Shown: positions 50,001-61,000 of the stretch, one piece after another
Numbering within the stretch: the stretch's first letter is position 1
How the letters are laid out: each line of letters begins with the position of its first letter
NCBI GenBank assembly: GCA_905178155.1
Contig: CAJINV010000012.1
Coordinates: forward strand, 3,157,144-3,221,143
Origin: Amoebophrya sp. A120
Taxonomy: Eukaryota > Protista > Dinoflagellata
DNA length: 64,000 nt
Direction of reading: 5' to 3'
The notes under the pieces: model-generated
The model's database searches: none
What the model was told of the DNA's origin: nothing
Seen by the model: only the letters and a program-made list of their open reading frames with translations
Translations under genes and position numbers: made by a program

Positions 50001-53000
50001 GTTTGGGCGACGATCCGGATCATTCTTCTGCGCTCCATCGTGATCCTGACGAGCTGGAGAAGGGCCTGATCGAGGATTCGGCCTTGACAAAACTGCGAGG
50101 GCTCGGGCTGTGGGAGGAGGAGATAAACTTGAGCCCGAATGGCAACAATGCTGGGCCTGTGACAACATCTTCGCCCTCGGCTGCGTCGGACCAGCAACTT
50201 GGCCGGGGCATTTCTTCCGAGGCAGATTCGGAAAAACGGGCGAAGAAGAAAAAGGAGAAGAAGGAGAGTAGAAAAGGGTCGGCGTCTGCTGATTCGACTT
50301 CATCCCGGGTGGTGCAAATTGAAGAGCCGGCGGTGGAAGTGGAATTCGAGGGGGAAACAGTAGAACAACCTAGTACAGCAGCTGAAGTAGCACATCAACC
50401 GGTTGCAACTACTACCTTTTCATCTGAAGAACACCAGCCGGAACAAGAACCAGTGCAGCAGCCTGTCCCCACGACGACCTCAGATGATCACCTGCAGTCT
50501 CCCACTTCCACCAGCGCCCTCTCCCCAACCGGGTTGTTTGACCTGCTAGGAGAAGACCACAGTGAAGCGACGGCTTTTTCGGCTACCGCCGGGGTGACGA
50601 GCACTCAAGAGGAAAATCATGCGGAACAAGTGGACGACGAAATGGACCTGAGTGCGATGTTGGGAGCAACAGCAAGTGTAGCAAAAAACGCGACTGCTCC
50701 TACAGAGGAAACTCAAACTGCACATAATAACGAGCAGCCGCGAGGTACCTCCACCAACGAAAAAACTATTGCAAGCAACGCAGAAGGTGATGGTATTGGT
50801 ATCACTATCACCCATGATCAACAGCCACAGGAACAAGTAGATCTTCATGCCAAGAATGGCGCAGATACCCAAGTCCGCCGGCGCGCCACCAGTCACGAGA
50901 GCGTCTTACAACTCGCGTCGCAAGCAGACAAAAATGGAAAACGAGAAGCTACTGCGGGAGGGGGTATTGCCACAGCAGCGGGTGGTAGTTCTTCCGCCGG
51001 CGTCGAAAAGGAACAAAAGGGAAATGTTAAACTCACGATCGAACAAGATCTCGCAGGGTCGGTTCCGGTGATCCAGATTACCCCCCCATCCACTGCCGCT
51101 CCGGCTGTCGCAGGAGCAGCAGCTTCTGCTCCGGGGGGAGAAGCGGGAATGTTGAATGCAACTGCTGCTTCACAGAAAGTCACGAACGAGAGTCAACAAG
51201 CGAACAAAGAGTCCGAGGCTGATGACGGCGCTATTACCTTGATTCTGGAGCAGGAGGAGGAAATAAATCTCGATCTACACGACGAAGACGGCAGAGTCGC
51301 GGCGGCCTTGAGACACGCGACGGACTACCTTCCCGAAGATTTGTTCAGTAAAGTCACCGCGCTCGCCCTGGAGGAGCTGCAGGCCAGCGGGATCGTGTTT
51401 AATAATAAAGGTTCAGCCACCTCCTCCCCACGGAGTGGAGGATCTTCTACGCAGAGGTTCGGGCGGAAGGCTTCTTTGACTCTGGACAAGGACGATCCGT
51501 TGCATCACGAGCTGCAGCAGTTGGAATCTCCGGACTCGCTCCGGTCCTCCGCGGTGGTTGTTGGGTTCTCGGACCAGAGCAAGCTGCCGAAGGAGGCGAA
51601 GCCTGAAATCAAGAAGATCTACATCACGGATAAGCTGGGCAATCAACAGGAGGTGATTATCCTATGTAAAACCGTTCCCACCCCAGACTTGTCATGCAAA
51701 GCTGCACGGTAAAAATGGTTCTCATGCGGGGCCCAATGAGAGGCATTTTTTTTTTCGTGTTTCGCAATTTGTCATGCTCCAATCGGCATGATGTGCTACA
51801 TCTGTGATGCTGCGTAACTAGCTAAACAGGATCGATGCACTATGCGGCCAGATTTGTCATGCAGAACTCCCAAAACTCTGGGATTTGTGTTGCAGACTTC
51901 TCATCTTGACTGTGGTGTGGGGATGTTTTTGCACAGGATAGTGTTCCAGGAGGAAATTCAGATCCTCGGGCCGGTCGACCAGAAATCGGCCGAACACGAC
52001 AAGGATTTGCTGAAAGAAAACCCGATGGATGGCAGTGGCGGTACCAGTCCCGGGCAATCGCAGGACGACAAGAACAGCAAAGAGGCGGGCTCCGGCACCG
52101 GGTCTGCGACGGAAGACGCGTCGGGGAATGCAGAGGACAAGAAGGCGGCAGTGGTCGGCGCGCTCTTCGGAAAAAAGGAACCCGTCATGCCGTTCGGGCG
52201 CGGCAAGGCGAAGGCGAAGGGCGGACAAGTCGCCGGCGCGAAGCCGGGCAAGGCGGGCGGCGCGGCGTTCGGGAAATCCAAGGCCAAGGCGGCCGCGGGT
52301 GGTGTCGGTGGTAACAACGCCAATCTCACGGTGAACACCGGTGGAGCAGGTGGGGGTCTGGGAACGAGTGGGGGGCAGGTGAAAATGTCGCCGCGGGGCG
52401 ACGGACAGACAGGTGCACCCGGAACTACGGGAGGAGCTGCGCCCGGAAGCGGTGGCGCGGCCAACAAAACTGGAGGCGTCGCCCAGCAAACGTCCTCGGG
52501 GAAGGATGGATCGACGAGCAAGCAGGGTAAAAACAAATCCGATCGCCGATCCTCCGGCGGGAAGGGCTCTAGTTCGCGGCGGAAAAAGCCCGGATCCGGC
52601 GGGGCGGACGACGACAATGAGGACGGGAAGAATAAAGAAAGTGACAGCGAGAACTCCGACTCTTCTTCCTCCGGCTCTGATTCTTCGGATTCCGACAGTG
52701 ATTCCGACTCCGATTCCGATCGCAAAGGATCGAAGAAGCGCAGGAAGGGGAGAAAGTCGAAGAAGAAGCACAAGAGGAAGTCGCAGCTGCAACTGGACAC
52801 CGAGCACATCAACAAAATCGTGACGCAGGTAGCGCGGAGAGTGGTCTTGGATGAGGTGATTGTGGAATCGAAAAACGAGAAACAGCTGCTGAACATCTTG
52901 CGACTGCGCGATGAGGAAATCCGCAAAGCGCTGTCGAACAAAGCCGAGGCAGAGGGGAAGGTCGACCAGATGCAGCACATGGTGAAACAGATGGAGCAGC

Positions 53001-53759
53001 AGCTGAACTTTTTGTCGAAGGAACGCGACGAACTGATGGAGAAGCTTGCTGCGGAGCGCGTTTTGTCCCAGCATGCCCAGGTGTTCGTGGACAACCAAGC
53101 GAGTAAGGCACAGGGGCTGGAAGAAATCCTGAAGGAAGAGCGGAAACTGTTCACCAAGGACCTGCGCAGACTGCAAGCGGAAGTGGAGACAGCGAAGGAA
53201 GCGCACAGGGTGGAGGTGCTGGCCTACCGAAGAGCCCTCAGTGTGGAGGAAAGCAAGGTAAGGAACTACTGATAGGAAACTTTTCTTTCATCTCCTGCAG
53301 CTGTTTTCGTTGGTTAGGTTTCATTTGATTTTCTACGGCGCATCAGAAATGAAATGTTCATGCGTTCTTTGTCTTTGTTGTATGATGTGGATTTCGATTT
53401 TATAATATCATTCCATTGCACCACGTCGACGTTGTTTGCGCCAACAAAACTACCAGGTGGCGTCCCTCACGCACGAGGTGAAGCAGCTGCAGAGCGGCGA
53501 ATTGGCCATCCCCACGTCGTTTGAGCACGATTCCTCGGGTTGGTTGGACGCCGCGGGAAAGAAGAAAAAGTCCAAATCCTCCATGAACGATACGCTTGGG
53601 TCTACCAGTCAAAAAAGGCACCAGGCAAAGCGGATAAAAATCCTGCACCTGCAGCAGAAAATGCACGGCAGCACCAAGGAAAAGAACCAGAAGGCGATTC
53701 AAGACGCCTACCAGATGAAGTTCCCGCCCAACCGGGTCACGCTGCCCAAGTTGATTTGA
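47009..53759 (+). CDS. Very large acidic, low-complexity protein with Ser/Asp and Lys tracts and C-terminal coiled coil; 4 TIR elements and a GT-AG intron near 53258-53456
   Basis: ORFs 46955-48247, 48974-51712, 51842-53272 and 53436-53759 join in frame on excision. Confidence 0.75.
48148..48354. mobile_element. Introner-like element, family D-like
   Basis: TIRs; DR TCCTC. Confidence 0.85.
48405..48656. mobile_element. Introner-like element family A
   Basis: TIRs; DR ACCGG. Confidence 0.9.
48753..49019. mobile_element. Introner-like element family A
   Basis: Perfect 30-bp TIR; DR ACACG. Confidence 0.92.
51658..51940. mobile_element. Introner-like element family C
   Basis: TIRs; DR GTGAT/GTGTT. 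Confidence 0.88.
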
Positions 53760-54029
53760 TCAATACATAGACTTTTCATGATTTTCATTTTGAAGATTTT
53801 GCCTTTTGGACAAATTCCTTGACTTCGAAATTCAAATTCATCTCACGAGCGTCAGTTCTGCTGTCGCTTTTTTTAATGTACATTACGATTTTACTTTTAT
53901 ATTCTAGCATAGTGGAGGAAAAAATGAACTAATGTACTCTACATACAAGCAGTCATAGTCTTGTGCGAGCTGCGATTGCGACCTTTTGCTAGGACTTGTT
54001 ACCCGATTTTTGGAGGTTGATGTTTCCGC

Positions 54030-56540
54030 TTATGTTGTAGTGTCTTCGGAAGAGAAGATGACTTTCATCAGTTTTTATGTCCTTCCTGCCACTGCAAGAA
54101 GCTGTATCCCAGCGATTTTTTTTACCAATTTAGTACATAGAAATCTAGTTCATCTTCCAGTATCAATTTTGGCAAAGCGTTTCTGTTTGCACAGGCAAAA
54201 GAGCCAGGTAAATTACTTGTTTGTTATGCAGCAAGAAACGGCATATCTGTAACTGTATCTCGTCCCTCGCCGCGTCTTCCCATGTGCATGAGTCGTTTTC
54301 ACCCCTGATGAACACGAAACAGAACAAGTACTACTTCTACCCCACGACTTTACACTCATTTCTGTACGTAAATTGTGCACAAGAAGAACTATCCTCTCCA
54401 TGATGAAGACGCATGTGTTGTCGTCGTGAAAAGAATCCTCGTTGGTCGTGCGAGTCTTCTATTTAGTTTTTTCCGCAGGCAAAAAAAAAAGATGAAGATC
54501 TTTATGTCTTACGACAAGGAAGCAGTACGTAAATGCAGAAGACAAGTAAAGCCACGGTGCATGATCGTACGCAATACAAAAACTCGACGTTCCAAACCAC
54601 TTCGTATTCGTTCTTAGCCGTCGTGTTTAGTTTCGTCAATCGTACGGAGGTAGAAGACTCTTTCCGCGGAAAATCAACGCATCCTCGTCTCTGTAGACAC
54701 TCACATTCTGCTGGAATAACAATAAGCATCAGTCCAGGAACCTTTTTCTTCCTCTCCTCCTCCGAAGAGAACCCTCGAAGGAACCGACTTTTCCCAGTGG
54801 GAACTAGCCTCTTTAGCTCTTGTCCTCCCACTTCTGCTAATAAGTAGTAAAAACAAGCACAAATACAAGAACACAAAAGTGCAGCAAGCAAACAGATTGT
54901 TATTTACTCAACTGCATTATCTTTGTGCTTTTATCAACAACTGCCTTTCTTGCGAACAAAATGAAGAAAGCCGTTATTGTGTCCGTTGCCGCATCCGCGG
55001 CGGCGATCCAGCCCCCGACGCATCAGTGGATCGGGAAAGAAGACGGGGGAGCGTTTGTGGAGGTGGACACTGGGCGGGGTAAGGCGAACGCGGGTGGGAA
55101 GAAGAAAAAGCAGGTTTATCCAGTGGTGGCAGCGGGCACGGGTCAACGCACTACCGCGTGTCTGCTGAGGGCAGGGAATCAATTTTATCCGAATTATGGG
55201 GGCTCTGGTGTTTATGGTGATATCTGCAGTTCCGGTTGTTCAGCTGCCTATTGTGCTGTGGAGCCTATTTCCTGCGGGAAGGGTTGCGGGACACTGAAGG
55301 TGCCCACAGGGTCCTGTTGCGAAGTGGGTACGGCTGTGGGCTTCCAAGGAGATAACGTTGTCTTTATCAATTGAGAATTCTTAAAAGGTGATTAGTTACT
55401 GATCATCTCTCTACTGCAACTTTTATGTAAACGAAGGTTGTTGCGCGAGCTATGTGCTCCTGAATGATACGTCCGTACGCATAATCAACATGTCAAAGAA
55501 GCTCAAGTTTCTGTAAACACTATGCGCTGTATTCCATTTATCTACTTGTTCATACACGTCACAGCGCGCAGCTGCTGGTGCTACGTCGTTCATCCTCCCC
55601 GTTTGTTGGATTCAATTTTTTCGGACCACGCACTTTTTACCCGTATTTTGATATCTTTGTCTTCGGAATAGAAGACGATTCTCAGAAGTCCCGTCGACTT
55701 TCTGTCCCTGCAAGAAGTTGTAGCCCGGCGATTTTCCAAGTTGATGTCCTGGAATGATATGACTACGCATGATTAGGCGGAAGTTTTAAGCTGTAGTACG
55801 AAGCGGGTCCCTCTTTATGCACGCGCAATAGAAGAGGTCATCGAAGTAAATGCAGCGCAAAGGCGAGCCATCTTCTCGATGATTCCGTCCCTTATGCTCA
55901 CCTGTGTCTCGATGATGAAGAAGTATGTGCTGTTGTCGTGCACAGAGTCGTTTGTGCGAAACGTACTTAATCCGCAGGCAAAAAATCGACTTTCGACTTG
56001 AAGATCCTGTCGTGCGATAAAGTATGTGAAAGTGAAAAACACGTAAAGTAGCGCCTCGTACGCAATACAAAATTTCGACGTTCTTATACTTCGTAGTCGT
56101 TCTCTGCCGTGTTTGTTTCGTCAATCGTAGGAAAGGAGAAGTCGTCTTTCCACATTGTACCAAGGAAACCAACTGCTACACAATCAAAAATACCAACCCA
56201 GGAACACCTTTTTTTTTCCTCTGAAAAAATTTTAAACGACGAGCAACTTCTTTTCCGAGTAGGACAAAGTAGCCGCTGCGGTTCCGCTGTACATAAGAAA
56301 GCAGAAGCACAGTTATCCGACAAGGTAATTTTTATCCGCCAAGTTAGTAGCTATACTTACTTACGTCAGCGTATCTTTGCACAAGAAAATCATGAAGAAA
56401 ACCATCGTTGCCTGCATTGTCGCGTCCGCGACGGCGATCCACCCCCCCCCACTCATCAGTGGATCGGGCAAGAGGACGGCGGGACTTTTGTGGAAGTTGA
56501 CCACGGGAGTAAGGCGAACGCGGGTGGGAAGAAGAAGAAG
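54030..56540 (+). repeat. Diverged tandem duplication (unit about 1.5 kb) covering upstream DNA and the 5' half of the two precursor genes
   Basis: Shared blocks: TGTCTTCGGAAnAGAAGA (about 54041 and 55658), TCCGCAGGCAAAAAA (about 54472 and 55971), CGTACGCAATACAAAAnnTCGACGTTC (about 54566 and 56057). Confidence 0.8.
54961..55374 (+). CDS. Small secreted Cys-rich precursor, copy 1 (signal peptide, pro-region, GGKKKK, 8-Cys domain); intronless
   Basis: MKKAVIVSVAASAAA-IQPPTHQWIGKEDGGAFVEVDTGRGKANAGGKKKK then 8 Cys; paralog 1.4 kb downstream. Confidence 0.75.
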   Translation: MKKAVIVSVAASAAAIQPPTHQWIGKEDGGAFVEVDTGRGKANAGGKKKKQVYPVVAAGTGQRTTACLLRAGNQFYPNYGGSGVYGDICSSGCSAAYCAVEPISCGKGCGTLKVPTGSCCEVGTAVGFQGDNVVFIN

Positions 56541-56771
56541 GCGGGCAAGAACCTCTACGGTTTATCGGGGGCGGGACAAGCTGGGTCTCCCTCTAGCTCT
56601 ACTACGGTTCAAACTACAACTGCGCCGGAAGAGAAGGAGGACGATTGTGCGAACAAGCCTTGGGCTTGGGTGCAACCTTGCTATAGTGATGGAGACTGCG
56701 GCTGCTTTCCAGGCTTTTTTTGCTTGAAGTTGACGATTGTTTCTGGGGGTATCTGCAGCGGACAGATGTGA
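56392..56771 (+). CDS. Small secreted Cys-rich precursor, copy 2 (6-Cys knottin-like C-terminus); frameshift in the C9 run 56442-56450 (error or pseudogene)
   Basis: MKKTIVACIVASATAIHPP/THQWIGQEDGGTFVEVDHGSKANAGGKKKK...CANKPWAWVQPCYSDGDCGCFPGFFCLKLTIVSGGICSGQM. Confidence 0.65.
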
Positions 56772-58083
56772 AGAAACTCCTCAACTTTACCCGCCTGTGG
56801 TATTGATGTTTTGCACAGTGTGTGCGGAGCAATTGAAGTTTCTCTTTCTCTCCGAGAGCTATTGCGCAAACTACCCGTTCGTAGTCCTTAGTAAGCCATG
56901 AATTATACCCGTAATCATGTTGTGAGAAAAGCTTGTTTAGCCAGTACTTATTATCCTAGGTAGCCACATATTGTATTTCTATTTAATATAGCACAGCTTC
57001 TAGATCTCCATAACATCATTCAATTATCTTTCGCTTTAGAGGGTATGCGACAGAGCAACGTCGACTTCGTGATCACGTGATGCACTAGTGCGCGTTTGTT
57101 AGAAATTTTATTTTTCGTTATTTTTACACTGTTTTCCAGCAACTTTTGTCCAATCCTTTTTAGGTCTTCCAATCCCCCTCACCTTTTCGTTTTCCGGGAA
57201 GTTGTATCCCGCTTCAGTATCCGGTTTTCTACGATCATCTCTTCCTCCTTTGCGTAAAATTTCCAACAAGTACAACTTGCATACGTCCCATAACTACATT
57301 TTTCCACCCGTAATCCCAATCGAAAACAAGTGTAAAATCCTCAAAAAACTATGAACTACCCTTGCATTACTTACCGTTCTTACCCCCACTGGGAAAGATT
57401 TTGATTTTGCTAAAAATGTTTTTCCTGAAAAATCAGATCCTGATCTTGCTCCAAGACTGAAGCGTTGTGCAGCTTGTTCTCAGGAGGGGTGGTCACGAAA
57501 TCGTTTTCTGGTATACTACTAGTAGGCCGAAGGCACGAAAATGTAGTTGCGTCGTGTAGAAGTCTGTACTCGCACAATAACTGCCGGGTCGTCGTCGTTG
57601 GGGACACGCATAGAGACCTGTACTAAACTGACAACTCGTGGTCTGGATTGATAAACGTAACGACTCAAGAAATGCAAATCCGGTAAAGAACCAGAAGCAT
57701 CGTTTTTGTTTCCGCGAGATGAAAGATCTTCAATTCAACTCGTGATCGTGAAGGTGAACTACCAAAGGGATCGCTTTTCATCGTCAACTTCTTCGTATTA
57801 CGCGTTTTCGCGCCTCCTGTCGTCGTGCAACTATGTATTGCAAGAGGATCATCTCGACCTCGACGTCCCGGCAATGATGTGAAGCGTGGACTCTGGAACA
57901 TGTAATACGCTCGCCATAGAAAGCTGATACAAATACAGTTCACTTATCGTTTTCACTCGAAAGTAATGTAACATCGTGCCTGATTGTTTGGTATCGCTTT
58001 TCCTTCGCAAGGACAAGGTGGAGGATGTTTTTGAGTTTTAGAAATGTTGCATTTTTAAAGGAGAAAAACTACACAACAAGAAA

Positions 58084-61000
58084 ATGAGTCCATCCCGCGG
58101 TAGTAGTTCCACTTCCACCACGAGCGTCATCTCTCTCTCCCGCCAACTACCACTGTTGCTCGTGTTCGTCGGCGGGGCGATCACGAGCGGTATTCTCTAC
58201 CTTGCCGTGCAACGTGCTGAGAATGTTGGTTTTCCAGCGACGTGGTCATCTAGTTCTACGTTCGGTGGGACATCGAGTACATTTGCAACCACCACCCACA
58301 ACTATCTCCAGCCGCTCTACGCGTTCGTTCCCCACTACAGCCCCGAGATCCTGCTGTTCCTGCTCACACTCAGCCTCGTCCTCTGCTACTACCTCGCCCG
58401 GCTTCTGGGCATCGTGTTCTTGTCCGAATTCCGAAAAACCTGGAGCTGGTACTACCCGAGCATCGCTGATGAGAAGACGCTAGAAGAGAAGCATGCCGAG
58501 CGGATCGATAACCTGGTTATCGCCGAGATTCAGGACAGTATCGTGCGGACGGCGAGGAAAAAAAGGTCCAGGTCTGGCTGGGCGGTGCAAGAAAAGCATA
58601 GGGTGTTTTCGAGCAGGGAAATAAATGAGCTGAAGATTAATCGCAACACCAAATATACTGGCACTACCAGTAGCTCACCTGCAAATTATACACGTTTTTC
58701 TGCAGAAAATAGAGCGGAAAACAACTACTTCTACACCGGCGGCACATCGAGGAAACAAGGTAGACGACGAGCAGGAAGTCGGGTGCTTAGAAGTGCAGCA
58801 CATCAACCTTTTGACGACAAAAACGACCACAGCTCGCGCCTGTCCAGGAGTCCGGTTGCGCACAACATCGCGAAGCACCACGTCTTTCAAAAATATGAGG
58901 AAAGAAGTTTTGCGTCAGACCAACCAACTTCTCCTTTGCAACCACTCCCCCTTTATTCGCCGACGACGCTGACCCACCGGGGCCGGCATCCCGTGCGGAA
59001 GGACGTCCACACGGATGTGCTGCTCTCGCCACCGAGGCTGCTGGCCAGCCAGGTGCGGCAGGCCGCCGGCCACTTTCGCCGGGCGCGGTCGGTGCACTAC
59101 GATTCGCTCGCTAGGAGGTGCGAAGACGAGCAACTACTACAGGGTACTTCTAGTAGATCCGGAAGTCCTTGGAATGGTGAGAATCCAATGAACAGCCTCT
59201 TCCTCACCGAGCGACTTCCGAAGACGACGGGACGAGAAATGCATGCTCGTCAACGACTGTACACAGAAGCAAGTAAAAATTATGCAGAAGGGACTGCCGG
59301 AAGACGTAGTAGTAGACGACATGGTGGACGAACTAGCACTAGAAGAAGCAGTAGGAACAACAAATCTATTTTCCAAGCTCGTTATTCCGCCGCGAACATG
59401 CCTATTTCGCAGCACTACGAGACCGTAACGCGAAAGCTGGAAGGAAATTTCGTGTTTTTCGTCGTCCTTCCGGTTTTTATTGACGAGAGCACTATCATTC
59501 TCGACCTGGAAGAAAACCTGCACCAGACGCTGACCAGTCTTGCCGCGTCGAGTCTGAGAGCGAGGGACCATCTAGTCCCGGTGTTGGCCGTGCGGGAGCG
59601 GCGGCGACAGGAAGAAGAACATACCGCTGATGTACTTCTTGCAGGAAGAACTACAGCCGCATCTTCAACTCCTCACGATAATTGCGATAATCTCATCGAG
59701 GAGTTAGACTTCCTTACGCCAGGAGCAGGCACTGAAAACAGCTACAGTGCAGCTCTGGAACAACAACAAGCTGGTCGTGACACCAGGCAAGCTGAAGACA
59801 AGAGCCAAGAGGTCGCAATACAGGAACAAACGGTCGGCAAAAGCCTCGTGGAGCGGATTCGCGGAGATTTTGAGAACCAGTTTCGCGGAATTTTGAGCTT
59901 CGATGTAGTTCATCTTGCAGGAGGAAATGGTCACCGTGTCATGCGCACAACCCTCGAGGACGGTTCTTGTGCCGATACTTCTAAGTGCAACAACAACCCC
60001 GAGCACGCAGTAGGAAAAAATATCTCCGATGAACATCAACAATTTTACAATGCCAACGGTGCAGCTTCTAATTCTTGGCCCTTCATCTCTTCGACGGACC
60101 CGCATGGGACGAAACAAGCAGAGGACCTGTTGGAGCTCCCCTACGCGCACTTTTTCTCGTTCGGGTCGCCGGGGGACACGAACTCGGAGGGCAGCAGTGA
60201 GTTTATTGCAAGGAAAAATTTTGCCTCCCCACATTAAACGTAAGCGCAGCCTTCTGAAAATTTGTCATGCAGATTTGTGCTCCTGCTCACAAATACTGGT
60301 GTCTGTCTTGCAAGAATGCAGATCCAGAGAGTCCGCCGCATTATGGTGGCGATTTGTAACGCTGTAGTAAGGCCTACGGGGCAGACGTCTGACCTGCTAA
60401 GTGCCTATGCCAGAAGACCCCTGCCTAGGCTTAGTACTATCTGCGTGTAGTGCTCTACTGCAAGACAGATCCGAAGTGTGTACACAGATCCCGCATCACA
60501 GATTTCCGTTTTGATATGGGGCGGGGGGATGTTTCATTTTGATAGAGTTCACGAGCTCCTCTGCCAACTCGAAATCGACGTCGTCCTCATCTTCCTATGC
60601 ATGGCAAAAGTGAAAGTATAAAATATCGTGCTGGTAGTATTAAAAATTGCATCACTCATTTTGTCAGAAGAAAAGTGGACTTTGTGATGCAGAATCAGTA
60701 GAGAAGAAAAAAGATAAAGACATGAATGCGACATTACACTTTTGCACAGGATAGCACTTCCTCTTCCAGTAAAAGCAGCACACCGGGGGACCACAAACTG
60801 GCACTAAACAAAAATCCCAACTACAGCGCGGCCAGGGTGTTATTATCGTCGTCATCCTCGTCATCTGCGTTTTTTCCGAGCTGTAGCGATGCCAGGAGCG
60901 GCACCGGAGTCAAGTACAAGGTGCGACATGGCGGTTCTGATGCGTTTGTCCCGGTCGTACCAACCAGCACCAGTACGGAAGAGGCAAATGAACGATCACG

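Noticed and set aside
51857-53206. Long minus-strand ORFs of 449 and 399 aa
   Set aside because: Antisense shadows of the GC-rich + strand exon
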